This document shows positions 20,034 to 29,796 of a DNA stretch of 64,000 bases, in pieces. The translations under genes were made by a program, and so were the position numbers. Numbering within the stretch: the first letter of the stretch is position 1; every line of letters begins with the position of its first letter. This DNA is from Chloroflexota bacterium (GTDB lineage: Bacteria; Chloroflexota; Dormibacteria; CF-121). The notes under the pieces were generated by a model that saw nothing but the letters and a program-made list of their open reading frames with translations, searched no databases and was not told where the DNA came from. The stretch is taken from the NCBI GenBank assembly GCA_005882045.1, contig VBHO01000145.1, positions 38-64,037 of the forward strand, read 5' to 3'.

Positions 20034-21246
20034 GCATCAAGGCCGCGGCCGCGGCGACCACATTGAGCGCGGCACCCAGGACGAACGGCACCACGATGGA
20101 GTGTTCGAGGAGAGGACCCGATAGCGCCGAGCCGATGGGCTGGCCGGCAAAGTTGAGGCTCATGGAGACAGCGAAGGCGCGGCCGAACCAGGCCGGATCC
20201 GTGCGGCGCTGACGGAGACCAAAGATCGCGACGTTGGCCAGCGATCCTACCGCGCCGAGGACCGCAGCAATCGCGAATACCATGGGCAGGGTGTTTGCGA
20301 ACGCCAATAGAAAAAGGACGGGGACCTCGACCGCACAGAAACCGGCGATCAGCGCCCGCTCCCGCCCATCGGTGCGGACGCGACCGACAAGCAGCCCAGC
20401 GACTAGTCCGGCCAGCCCGAGGACCGCGAAGATCTGGCCCACCGTCGCGGCGCTGCCATGGAGCTGCCGTAGCACGAGCACGGGGATCCCCACGGGAACG
20501 ACGCCGAATCCCAGGTTGCTTAGAAAAAACACCAGGGCCAGGCCGCGCAGGCTCGGGTTACGCACGACATACCGAAGCGCCGACCACGAGTCTCCGAGCA
20601 ATGTCCCCTTCGGCTCTGCTCGGGCTATTGGCTCATGGACGCCGACGAGGGAGACGGCCGCAATCGCCGCCACGCTGGCGGTCACGAGCAAGGCTGCCTC
20701 TGGCCCGAATCCGGCCACCACGAGGCCTGCGGTCGCGGGACCGATGACGCCGGTGAGCGAGTACAGGCTGGTGTCCAGGCCGTTCGCTCGATCCCAAAGG
20801 GCTCGCGGCAGCATGAGCGGAAAGAGCGAGCGAGCACCGGTGATGCTCAGGATGTTGCTAACACCGAGGACCGCCACCATCACCAACAGGAGCGCCGGCG
20901 GGAGCCGGTGAGCCAGCGACAGCGCCACGATGGCCGTCGTCAGTCCGGCGGTCACGGCGTAGTCGAAGATCATCAATCGAACTCGTCCCTGGCGGTCCAG
21001 CAGGGCGCCGGCAACGGGGCTGAACGCAAGCCCGGGAAGGATTGAGACCAGGACGGTCAGGCCTGCCAGGCTCGGTGACCGATAGCGCTGCAGCACGAAC
21101 AGCACCAGGACGATCTCCCACATCGAACCGCCGAGCCGCGCTAGCAATGTCCCGAGCACGACGCGCGCGAACCCAGGCACCCGGAGGAGTGCCATATAGG
21201 AAAGTTCGCCAGGGGGCTCGATCGACGGTGGGGTCGGACCTAACAT
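19999..21246 (-). CDS. MFS transporter
   Basis: 12 predicted TM helices, MFS-type DRxGRR loop motif (LLDRQGRVR). The true start is probably the internal ATG giving MALLRVPGF. Confidence 0.75.
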   Translation of the reverse strand: MLGPTPPSIEPPGELSYMALLRVPGFARVVLGTLLARLGGSMWEIVLVLFVLQRYRSPSLAGLTVLVSILPGLAFSPVAGALLDRQGRVRLMIFDYAVTAGLTTAIVALSLAHRLPPALLLVMVAVLGVSNILSITGARSLFPLMLPRALWDRANGLDTSLYSLTGVIGPATAGLVVAGFGPEAALLVTASVAAIAAVSLVGVHEPIARAEPKGTLLGDSWSALRYVVRNPSLRGLALVFFLSNLGFGVVPVGIPVLVLRQLHGSAATVGQIFAVLGLAGLVAGLLVGRVRTDGRERALIAGFCAVEVPVLFLLAFANTLPMVFAIAAVLGAVGSLANVAIFGLRQRRTDPAWFGRAFAVSMSLNFAGQPIGSALSGPLLEHSIVVPFVLGAALNVVAAAAALMLIPKRQPAEDR

Positions 21247-21252
21247 CGCCCT

Positions 21253-21867
21253 GTGGAATCTATCCGATACGTGGCGCTTGGCGATTCGTACACGATCGGC
21301 ACCGGACTTACGGACGGGTCGCAGAACTTTCCGAGCCTCCTGGCCAAGAAACTCAGTGAAGAGTCCAGCATCGAGGTCGCCCTCGTCAACCTTGGCGTCA
21401 ATGGATACACGACAACTGACCTCATTCGCGAAGAATTGCCAGTTGCACTGGGCTTGCGGCCGGAGCTCGTGACCATCTTGATCGGCGCCAACGATGTCGT
21501 GCAGGGATCAGGCGAGAGCGCCTATCGGACGCGCCTGGCCGAGATTTATGACGCGCTCGTTGCGTTGGAGCTTCCGGCGACCAACGTCCTGGCGGTGTCC
21601 ACCCCCGATTTCTCCGCCTTACCCGGTGCCACGCCGTTTGGCACGGCGACTGACCTTCGCACCCGAATCGACGCCTTCAACCGGATTGCCCAGTCCGAGG
21701 CCGCGGCGCACGGTTTCCACTATGCCGACATCAGCGCGATCAGTCGCGAGCCGAGGCGCGGCAGGGACTGGCTCGCCGGCGACGGCCTTCATCCCGGCCC
21801 GGCTCAACATCGGGCCATCGCAGATCACCTCTGGACCTTCCTCGGTCCGGTAATTAAAGCAAGATGA
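21253..21867 (+). CDS. SGNH/GDSL hydrolase family protein
   Basis: GDSYT block I near the N-terminus, GxND block III (IGANDV), DGLHP block V. Confidence 0.75.
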   Translation: MESIRYVALGDSYTIGTGLTDGSQNFPSLLAKKLSEESSIEVALVNLGVNGYTTTDLIREELPVALGLRPELVTILIGANDVVQGSGESAYRTRLAEIYDALVALELPATNVLAVSTPDFSALPGATPFGTATDLRTRIDAFNRIAQSEAAAHGFHYADISAISREPRRGRDWLAGDGLHPGPAQHRAIADHLWTFLGPVIKAR

Positions 21868-21900
21868 GAATCCGGTTTTTTTGACCCGGCTTTTGATAGC
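21868..21900 (+). terminator. weak intrinsic-terminator-like element
   Basis: ccgg tttttttga cccgg cttttgat immediately after the stop. Short stem, T-rich, stands out in a GC-rich genome. Confidence 0.25.
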
Positions 21901-21911
21901 CTCGATTTCCC

Positions 21912-22649
21912 ATGCGGCTCATCGGACCCAGGCTCGCGCAACCTCGCGGTGTCGCGCATGGCCACACCGTCACCCGGCTCGGTTCGGCGATTCACCTTCG
22001 CGGCGTCAATCACTGGTATCGATCAGGGCGCTCCCAGGTGGAGGCGCTTCACGACATCGACCTCGAGATCCCGGCCGGCGGCTATGTGGCGTTGACCGGA
22101 CCATCGGGTGCAGGCAAGAGCACGTTGCTGTCGCTCATCGGTGGCCTGGAACGCCCGCAGTCGGGGACGTTGATCGTCGGCCATCACAACTTGCGAGACC
22201 TGCGGGTCGATGAGCTGGCCGCCTATCGGCGGACCACCATCGGGTTCATCTTTCAGCATTTCGGTCTCCTCGACCTGCTCTCCGCTCGGGAGAATATCGA
22301 GCTGGCGGCGTCATTATCGGTACCGTCCGCGCGGCGACGGCCGCAGGCGCATGATCTGCTGGAGGACGTTGGTCTCCTCGATCGGGCCGAGCATCGCCCC
22401 GGTCAGCTGAGTGGTGGTGAACGCCAGCGGGTCGCGATTGCGCGCGCCCTCGTCAACGACCCGAGTCTGATCCTGGCCGATGAGCCGACCGGAAATCTCG
22501 ACGCCGACAGCGCGATGCGCGTGCTCGACCTGCTCGAGCGCGTCCATGTCGAGCGCGGCTGCACCCTGCTGGTGGTGACGCACAACGAGGCCGTCGCAGA
22601 GCGCGCCGAAGGGCGCTACCGGTTGAACGCCGGACGGCTTCTGCCATGA
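21912..22649 (+). CDS. ABC transporter ATP-binding protein (MacB/LolD-like)
   Basis: Walker A GPSGAGKST, ABC signature LSGGERQRVAIARAL, Walker B ILADEPTGNLD. 4-nt overlap with the permease gene. Confidence 0.8.
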   Translation: MRLIGPRLAQPRGVAHGHTVTRLGSAIHLRGVNHWYRSGRSQVEALHDIDLEIPAGGYVALTGPSGAGKSTLLSLIGGLERPQSGTLIVGHHNLRDLRVDELAAYRRTTIGFIFQHFGLLDLLSARENIELAASLSVPSARRRPQAHDLLEDVGLLDRAEHRPGQLSGGERQRVAIARALVNDPSLILADEPTGNLDADSAMRVLDLLERVHVERGCTLLVVTHNEAVAERAEGRYRLNAGRLLP

Positions 22650-23959
22650 CCTGGCTCGACTCGCTCACACTCGCCTCCCGGAGCCTCCGCCGGCGCCCGG
22701 GCCGAGCGCTGCTGACGATCCTGGCCGTAACCCTGGGCTCGACGCTGCTGGTGGCGCTGGCGAGCGTCGCCACCAGCGCCGGCAGCCGGATTGTGAGCAA
22801 GTTGACCAATGGCGGACCCGCCACCGCGATCAAGGTGTCGGCGTCGAAGGCCGACTCGGACCAGGCCTATACCGACGACCTGCGCGTGGCCGGACCGAAG
22901 GCGATCAACGACGCCACGCTCAGTGCCGTTCGTCAGTCGCCCCATGTCGCCACCGTGATCCCGGTCATCACCTCTCGCATCCTGGCGGTGCCGCCGCCGT
23001 TCGGCTCGACCGCGACCGCAACCTCCGGCCAGCCGGCATTCGGCGACACCATGGTCGGCGTCGACCTCAGCCAGGTGCGCAATCTGCCGATCACGGTCCT
23101 GGCGGGCCGCGTGCCGCATCCGGGAGCCCTGAACGAGGTGGCGATCACCGAGTCATACCTCGATCGCTCGGGCATGAGTGTGCAAAGCGCGCTCGGCACG
23201 CAGGTCGAGATCGCCGAGCCCCAGGCGTACCAGAGCCAGAACGGTCTGCAGTTCCGCGGCCGCTGGGTGCGCGCGGAGGTCGTGGGCGTGGTCTCTCAGC
23301 AGGTCGGCAGCGGCGCCTTCCTGGTGTCGATCCAGCAGGCGCAGCTCGCGCAAACCTGGGCGCAGGGCGGCGTGGACGGCGGCGACGTCTTTCCCCTGCC
23401 CGCGTCGAAATACACCGGCCTGATCGTGGTGGCGTCAAGCCTGGATGACGTGCACGGCGTGCGCCAGATGATCACCAGCCTCGGTTACGCCAACACCGCT
23501 CCGGAGCACCTGGTCGCCTCGGTCCTTCGATACCTGCGAGTGGTGGACATCGTGCTGGCAGGGATCGGCGCGATCGCGCTCGGCATCGCCGGGCTCGGCG
23601 TCGCCAATGCGCTGGTGGCAGCGGTGCGAGAGCGCCGCCGAGAGATCGGCGTGCTGAAGGCGATCGGCGCGCGCGACCGCGACATCCTGCGCTGGTTCTT
23701 GCTCGAGGCCTTCACCGTCGGTCTTGCTGGCGGCGTGATCGGGACGCTGGCCGGACTCCTCATCGCGCTCTGGGTCGGGGTCTCCGTGAACAGCTACCTG
23801 AGCGAACAAGGGCTGCAGAGCATTCAGTTCGGCGACGTGTCATGGCCGCTGATCGCGGCCGCGATCCTTGGGACGAGCCTGCTGGCGATCGTGGCCGGCG
23901 TGGTCCCGGCGTTGCAGGCGGCGCGGCTCTCACCGAAAGAGGCGGTGGCCGCTGCATGA
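22646..23959 (+). CDS. ABC transporter permease, FtsX/MacB-type
   Basis: N-terminal TM, large extracytoplasmic domain, C-terminal FtsX 3-TM bundle. Confidence 0.8.
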   Translation: MTWLDSLTLASRSLRRRPGRALLTILAVTLGSTLLVALASVATSAGSRIVSKLTNGGPATAIKVSASKADSDQAYTDDLRVAGPKAINDATLSAVRQSPHVATVIPVITSRILAVPPPFGSTATATSGQPAFGDTMVGVDLSQVRNLPITVLAGRVPHPGALNEVAITESYLDRSGMSVQSALGTQVEIAEPQAYQSQNGLQFRGRWVRAEVVGVVSQQVGSGAFLVSIQQAQLAQTWAQGGVDGGDVFPLPASKYTGLIVVASSLDDVHGVRQMITSLGYANTAPEHLVASVLRYLRVVDIVLAGIGAIALGIAGLGVANALVAAVRERRREIGVLKAIGARDRDILRWFLLEAFTVGLAGGVIGTLAGLLIALWVGVSVNSYLSEQGLQSIQFGDVSWPLIAAAILGTSLLAIVAGVVPALQAARLSPKEAVAAA

Positions 23960-24714
23960 GAGGCCCGATTACGGCGCGCATCGGCGCCGGTCTGTTGGGG
24001 GCGGCCTTGACGCTCGGCGCCTGCGCCCCGACACCGGTGGTCGGCGTCCGGCCGCCGGCCGCGGCGCCGGCGCCCGTCATCTATGCCGCGATCGGAGCGA
24101 GCGAGACCTACGGGATCGGCGCCAACGACCGGTACCGTCAGGCCTGGCCGCAGGTTTTCTACAACGATGTCCTCCCGCCGTCGGCGGTCCTCTACAACTT
24201 CGGCATCCCGAGCGCCACCACGGACCAGGCGCTGCACGATGAGGTCCCAGCTGCGATGGCGGTCCACCCGACGCTGGTAACGGTCTGGCTGAATGTCAAC
24301 GACCTCATCCGCGGCGTGTCAGTCGCGGATTACGAGGCAGAACTGCGCCAGCTGCTGCACAGCTTGCGGCGCGGTGGTCAGACGCAGGTGTTGGTGGCGA
24401 ACACGCCCGACCTCGGGCAGCTACCGGCGTACCGTGCCTGCTTGCCGAACGCGCCCGCCGGTGGACCCGCGTGTCTGATCCCCGATGGCCTGCTCCCGAC
24501 GCCGCGGGCAGTAGCCGCGACGGTTGACGCCTATAACGCCGCCATCGGCCGGGCCGCCAGGCAGGAAGGCGCCACCCTGGTGGACCTGCACCTCAACGAC
24601 GCACAGATCAATCAGCATCCCGAGTGGCTCAGCGCCGACGGGTTCCATCCGAGCGGGCAGGGCTACGCGGTGATCGCGAGGTTGTTCGAGGACGCCTACC
24701 ACCGAGCCGCCTAG
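23956..24714 (+). CDS. SGNH/GDSL hydrolase family lipoprotein
   Basis: Start at ATG 23956 (ATGA overlap with the permease stop). Signal peptide with lipobox LTLGAC, then GASETYG, LNVNDL and DGFHPS SGNH blocks. Confidence 0.7.
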   Translation: MRGPITARIGAGLLGAALTLGACAPTPVVGVRPPAAAPAPVIYAAIGASETYGIGANDRYRQAWPQVFYNDVLPPSAVLYNFGIPSATTDQALHDEVPAAMAVHPTLVTVWLNVNDLIRGVSVADYEAELRQLLHSLRRGGQTQVLVANTPDLGQLPAYRACLPNAPAGGPACLIPDGLLPTPRAVAATVDAYNAAIGRAARQEGATLVDLHLNDAQINQHPEWLSADGFHPSGQGYAVIARLFEDAYHRAA

Positions 24715-24717
24715 CGG

Positions 24718-26163
24718 CTACGCGGCCCGCAGGCTGACCTGACATCCCACGCCGGCATCGAGCGTAAGTGTCAACCTTCCGGTCGTGGCGTCCCAGTGGG
24801 AGCTGGTGACGCAGGTGCCGGTCACCGAAGGTCCGGCGGTCAGCGTCAGGGCGGACCAGCCAATCTGGACGGGCTGGTCCTTATGCGACCGATCCACGCG
24901 CAGCGTGAGGGTCCCGCGGATGCCATCACCTCGACCCGTATGGACGCCCTCAGGCGCGGCAATGACGTAGGGACGAGCCAGGTGGCGCAGCGCGTCCATG
25001 TTGACGATCTGACCGCCGGCGTCGACGATGCCCCAGTAGCGATTCTCCCGCCACTGCCACCAGGCCCAGCCGATCCCAAGATCGTCCGCCTCGTCGAGGG
25101 CGGCATCGGCATAGCCGGCCGCGGTCTTCTGGGTCAGGTCGTAACCAAGCTCGCCGATCCAGAGCGGCGCCGGCACCTCGGCGGCTTCCTTGACGCGTTG
25201 CTGAAACCGCGACCGGAGAAACGTCGGATCGCCGGTAAAGAACGGCGGAACCAGCGAGCCCTCGTAGAGGTGCGTGCCGTAGACGAGGTTCGGCGCCTTG
25301 AGATGAACCACCACCGTGTCCAGGGAGAGCAACAGGATGCCCTCGACGAAGAACAGGTGGTTCGAGTCGACCGCGCCGATCGCCTCGATCGCCTCCTTGA
25401 ACATCGGCCAAAGGTAGGACTTCTCGAAGATGCGCGGCGGAATCGGCAGCGGGTGCGCTTCGTTGAAGATGTCGTATCCCGCCACCCCCGACCTGTCCTT
25501 GAATCGTGTCGCCACCACCTGCCAGGCGCTGAAGAACTCCTTCTTCCAGTCGGAGGACAGCCAGAAGTAGGTGTCCGACGTAAACGCCGCCGGGGAGAGT
25601 GAGGGGCTCCAGGAGTATTGCGGCAGCGGGTTCCAGTTGGGTACGGGCAGGGTCGCCCATCCCGGCGCCCCGGAGTAGCCGAAGCGCGGGCTCCAGCCAA
25701 GCCGGAAGTGCATGTCGAGCACGACATAGAGCCCGTGCCGGTTCAACAGGTCGACCACGGTCGCCACACGCTCGAGGTAAGTGCGGTCGATGCGGCCGCG
25801 CTCCGGTTCGAGCTGGGCCCAGTCGATGCCGAGCCGAACCACGTCGAACCCCGCGCGCTGCATCAAGGTGGCGTCCATCTCATCGAGTGGCGCCGGCGGA
25901 CTCTTCGGGTACGAGACCAGCGCATCGACGTTGAAGCCGCGGAGCAACACCTTGCGCCCGGAGCCATCGACGATCTGTCCGTGATTGACCCGCAGCCAGT
26001 TCAGCGATGCGTCGCCGTAGCGGGGCGGCGGCACCGACGCCGTCAGGCTGCCGGCCGGCAGGTACGCGACGATCGTGAGGCCGACGATGGCGAGCAGCAA
26101 GACGAGACCGACGCGCCGCGATCGGCGGAAGCGGCGTCGCGGGGCGCGGGCGGCCGGCTCCAA
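24718..26163 (-). CDS. glycoside hydrolase family 5 protein (cellulase-like), secreted
   Basis: N-terminal signal anchor, GH5 (beta/alpha)8 blocks with catalytic acid/base NEA (DIFNEAHP) and nucleophile GELG (IGELGYD), C-terminal beta-rich domain. Confidence 0.75.
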   Translation of the reverse strand: MEPAARAPRRRFRRSRRVGLVLLLAIVGLTIVAYLPAGSLTASVPPPRYGDASLNWLRVNHGQIVDGSGRKVLLRGFNVDALVSYPKSPPAPLDEMDATLMQRAGFDVVRLGIDWAQLEPERGRIDRTYLERVATVVDLLNRHGLYVVLDMHFRLGWSPRFGYSGAPGWATLPVPNWNPLPQYSWSPSLSPAAFTSDTYFWLSSDWKKEFFSAWQVVATRFKDRSGVAGYDIFNEAHPLPIPPRIFEKSYLWPMFKEAIEAIGAVDSNHLFFVEGILLLSLDTVVVHLKAPNLVYGTHLYEGSLVPPFFTGDPTFLRSRFQQRVKEAAEVPAPLWIGELGYDLTQKTAAGYADAALDEADDLGIGWAWWQWRENRYWGIVDAGGQIVNMDALRHLARPYVIAAPEGVHTGRGDGIRGTLTLRVDRSHKDQPVQIGWSALTLTAGPSVTGTCVTSSHWDATTGRLTLTLDAGVGCQVSLRAA

Positions 26164-26189
26164 ACCGGCTGGCCGTCGTCCCCGACGGA

Positions 26190-27086
26190 TTAACGAGGCA
26201 TGGCGCTTGACGGTTGACCCACGGCGGCCGCGGCGGCCGCCACCACCTCCTCAATCGTGTCGCACACCTGCGCTCCGGCCTGCGTCAATGCTTTCAGCTT
26301 CGACGCCGCCGTCCCAGTATTGCCCGAGATGATGGCGCCGGCGTGTCCCATTCGCTTCCCCGGGGGCGCGGTTCGCCCGCTGATGAAGCCGATCACCGGT
26401 TTTCCGAACCCGGGGCTGATCACCTCATCCGCCGCTGCTTCTTCGTCGCTCCCCCCGATCTCGCCGATCATGACCACGGCGCGTGTGGCCGGATCGCCTT
26501 TGAACAGCCGCAGGACCTCCTTGAAAGAAAGCCCGAGGATGGGATCGCCGCCGATCCCGACCGAGGTCGTCTGCCCCACCCCCGCCTGACTGAGTCCCTG
26601 GATGACTTCATAGGTCAAGGTGCCACTGCGCGACACGATGCCCACCGATCCCTCGCGATTGATGTGGTTCGGAATAATGCCCACCTTGGCCTGGCCCGCC
26701 GTCACCAGGCCTGGACAGTTGGGGCCGATGAGCTTGACGCCGGCGTCCGCGACGAAGGCGCGGGCCCGCACCATGTCGTAGAGGGGGATGCCCTCGGTGA
26801 TACACACGATCAGGCCGACCCCCGCAGCGGCCGCCTCCATGATGGCGTCGGCGGCGAAGGGCGCCGGCACAAAGATGCCGCTCACGTCGGCGCCGGTCTC
26901 GCGCCGAGCATCGACCACCGTGTCGAAGATCGGGATGCCCATTTGGGAGCTGCCGCCCTTGCCTGGGCTCACACCGGCGACGATGTTCGTTCCATAGGCC
27001 TTCATCTGCTCGGCGTGAAAACTGCCTTCCCGCCCGGTCAGACCCTGGACCAGAACGCGACTCGCTTTTGAGAGCAGGATGCTCAT
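26190..27086 (-). CDS. sucD: succinate--CoA ligase subunit alpha
   Basis: CoA-binding Rossmann domain and the phosphohistidine loop SRSGTLTYE. Confidence 0.9.
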   Translation of the reverse strand: MSILLSKASRVLVQGLTGREGSFHAEQMKAYGTNIVAGVSPGKGGSSQMGIPIFDTVVDARRETGADVSGIFVPAPFAADAIMEAAAAGVGLIVCITEGIPLYDMVRARAFVADAGVKLIGPNCPGLVTAGQAKVGIIPNHINREGSVGIVSRSGTLTYEVIQGLSQAGVGQTTSVGIGGDPILGLSFKEVLRLFKGDPATRAVVMIGEIGGSDEEAAADEVISPGFGKPVIGFISGRTAPPGKRMGHAGAIISGNTGTAASKLKALTQAGAQVCDTIEEVVAAAAAAVGQPSSAMPR

Positions 27087-28216
27087 TGGCCGGTGGCGCT
27101 TGCCAGCTCGACGATTTTCCGGGCCGCGCCGGTGGCGGTGGCCTCGGGGGTGATGCCAGCTTCGCGGAGCAGCTGCCGTCCCTCCTCTTCGCGGGTGCCG
27201 GTCATGCGCACCACCAGTGGCGGCTTGAGGTTGAGATCGCGTGAGGCGTCGATGATGCCATGCGCCACCTCGTCGCCGCGCGTGATCCCGCCGAAGATGT
27301 TGATCAGGATGCCTTTGACGTGCGGATCGCCGGCCAGCAGCTCGAGCGCGCTGTGGACGACCTCGGCCTTGGCACCGCCGCCGACATCGAGGAAATTCGC
27401 GGCGCGACCGCCTTCGCGCTGCACCAAGTCGAGCGTGTTCATCACCAGCCCCGCGCCGTTACCGATGACCCCGATCGACCCATCGAGCCGAACATACGTG
27501 AGCTTGCGACGCCGCGCTTCCGCTTCCAGCGGGTCCTCGTCCGATTCGTCGGCGCCGTGCAGGTCCTTGTGGCGGAACATGGCGTTCTCGTCGATCTCCA
27601 GCTTGCCGTCCGCCGCCACCAGACCGCCGTCCTGGGTGAGTGCCAACGGGTTGATCTCGATGGTGAGCGCGTCGTAGGTGCGGGCGAGCGCGTAGAGCTT
27701 GACCACCAGCGGCGTCAGCTGCACTTGCAGCGGACCAAGCCCGGAACGAAAGATGAGGTCGCGCACCTCGAAGGGCAGCGGCCCGCGCCACGGGTCCGGG
27801 TGGAGTTTGGCGATCGCCTCGGGATGAGTCTCGGCCACCTCCTCGATCTCCATGCCGCCCTTGGCGCTGAGGATCAGCACCGGCTTGCGCGCGTCGCGGT
27901 CCAGGGTGAGGCCGAGGTAGAGCTCGCGCGTGATGTCCTGGGCGGTCTCGCACCAGACCTCCTTGACGGTGTAGCCCTTGATCGTCATGCCCAGGATCTC
28001 GCCGGCGACGCGCTTGGCATCGGCCGCGGTCCTGGCGAGCTTGATCCCACCCGCCTTTCCCCGTCCACCGATGGGTACCTGCGCCTTGACCGCGATCGGG
28101 CCGAGCGCGCCGGCGGCCAGCGCCGCCTCGTCCGGGGTCCGTGCCAGGCGGCCATCCGGAACGGGAATGCCGGCCGCCCGGAACCGCTCCTTCACCTGGT
28201 ACTCGAGAAACTTCAT
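27083..28216 (-). CDS. sucC: succinate--CoA ligase [ADP/GDP-forming] subunit beta
   Basis: Begins [12 protein letters not shown] (ATP-grasp). The tool ORF carries a 93-aa artefactual extension. ATGA overlaps with both sucD and the upstream carboxyltransferase. Confidence 0.9.
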   Translation of the reverse strand: MKFLEYQVKERFRAAGIPVPDGRLARTPDEAALAAGALGPIAVKAQVPIGGRGKAGGIKLARTAADAKRVAGEILGMTIKGYTVKEVWCETAQDITRELYLGLTLDRDARKPVLILSAKGGMEIEEVAETHPEAIAKLHPDPWRGPLPFEVRDLIFRSGLGPLQVQLTPLVVKLYALARTYDALTIEINPLALTQDGGLVAADGKLEIDENAMFRHKDLHGADESDEDPLEAEARRRKLTYVRLDGSIGVIGNGAGLVMNTLDLVQREGGRAANFLDVGGGAKAEVVHSALELLAGDPHVKGILINIFGGITRGDEVAHGIIDASRDLNLKPPLVVRMTGTREEEGRQLLREAGITPEATATGAARKIVELASATGQ

Positions 28217-29793
28217 AGGGGAATGTTGCCGTGGCGACGATGCGGCCGCTCGACCTGCTTGTCCTTGAGCAGGTGCAGTGACCGGATCAGGGTAGGGCGG
28301 GTGTCCTGCGGCTCGATCACGTCGTCGAGGAAACCGCGCTCCGCCGCGATGTAGGGATTGGCGAATTTCTCTTTGTAATCCTCCACCAGCTGCTCCACCT
28401 TCTTGGTGGGGTCCTTGGCCGCGGCGATCTCTCGCTTGAAGATGACGTTGACGGCGGCCTGCGGGCCCATGACGGCGATCTCGGCCGCCGGCCACGCGTA
28501 GTTGAAGTCGCCACCGATGTGCTTCGACGACATCACGTCATAGGCGCCCCCGTAAGCCTTACGGGTGATGACGGTGAGCTTGGGCACGGTTGCCTCCGCA
28601 TAGGCGTAGAGCAGCTTGGCGCCGTGGCGAATGATGCCGTTGTACTCCTGCGCCGTCCCCGGCAGGAACCCGGGCACGTCGACAAAGGTGACTAGCGGGA
28701 TGTTGAAGGCGTCGCAGAATCGGACGAAGCGGGCCCCCTTGACCGAGGCATTGATGTCCAGCGCCCCGGCGAGGATGCGCGGCTGGTTGCCGACGACCCC
28801 GACCACCTCGCCGTCCAGCCGGGCAAAGCCGACGACGAGGTTCTGCGCGAAGTGCTCCTGGACCTCGAGGAAGCTGTCCTGGTCAACGACCGCGATGATG
28901 GCCGCCTTCATGTCGTAGGGCTGGTTCGGGTTTTCCGGGATCAGCGACTGCAGGATCCGGTCCCGGCGCTGTGGATCGTCGCGCGGGGTTATCGCGGGCG
29001 GCCGCTCTCGGTTGCTCCCCGGCAGGTAGGACAGCAGGCGCCGTACCGCGCTGAATGCTTCCGCCTCCGAGTCGTGTAGGAAGTGGGCGACCCCGCTCTT
29101 GATGTTGTGGACCTCCGCCCCACCGAGCTCGTCGAAGCCCACCTGCTCGCCGGTCGTCACCCGCACCACTTCCGGCCCGGTGATGAACATGTAGCCGAGG
29201 TGCTCGACCATGAAGATGAAGTCGGTGATCGCCGGCGAGTAGACGGCGCCGCCGGTCGCGGGACCGGCGATCACTGACAGCTGCGGCACGACACCCGAGG
29301 ACTGAACGTTTCGGTAAAAGATGTCGGCATAGCCGGCGAGGCTGACGACGCCCTCCTGAATACGGGCGCCGCCGGAGTCGTTGATCCCAACGCAGGGCCG
29401 GCCGGCACGGACCGCGAGATCCATGACCTTGCAGACCTTCTCGGCGAACACTTCACCCAGTGAGCCGCCGAAAACGCTGGCGTCGTGCGAGAAGATGAAC
29501 AGTTCCCGGCCGTCGACTGTGCCGTAGCCGGTGACGACCCCATCGCCGGCGATCTTCTTTTCGCCCATGCCGAAGGCCTCGGTGCGATGGACGGCGAAGG
29601 CGTCGAGCTCGGTGAACGACCCTGGGTCGACCAGCAGTTCGATGCGCTCGCGGGCGGTTAATTTGCCTTTTGGGTGCTGCTTGTCATCGGGATCGCCACC
29701 ACGATGCATGGCGTCGTATTTGCGCTTGCGCAGGATATTGATCTGGCGTTCGGAGGGCGACGGCGCTGCATCGCGGGCGGCTCGGCTGGCCAT
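28213..29793 (-). CDS. propionyl-CoA carboxylase beta chain / methylmalonyl-CoA carboxyltransferase 12S-like subunit
   Basis: 526 aa, two CT domains. Paralog of the gene at 15791..17344. Confidence 0.85.
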   Translation of the reverse strand: MASRAARDAAPSPSERQINILRKRKYDAMHRGGDPDDKQHPKGKLTARERIELLVDPGSFTELDAFAVHRTEAFGMGEKKIAGDGVVTGYGTVDGRELFIFSHDASVFGGSLGEVFAEKVCKVMDLAVRAGRPCVGINDSGGARIQEGVVSLAGYADIFYRNVQSSGVVPQLSVIAGPATGGAVYSPAITDFIFMVEHLGYMFITGPEVVRVTTGEQVGFDELGGAEVHNIKSGVAHFLHDSEAEAFSAVRRLLSYLPGSNRERPPAITPRDDPQRRDRILQSLIPENPNQPYDMKAAIIAVVDQDSFLEVQEHFAQNLVVGFARLDGEVVGVVGNQPRILAGALDINASVKGARFVRFCDAFNIPLVTFVDVPGFLPGTAQEYNGIIRHGAKLLYAYAEATVPKLTVITRKAYGGAYDVMSSKHIGGDFNYAWPAAEIAVMGPQAAVNVIFKREIAAAKDPTKKVEQLVEDYKEKFANPYIAAERGFLDDVIEPQDTRPTLIRSLHLLKDKQVERPHRRHGNIPL

Positions 29794-29796
29794 GCG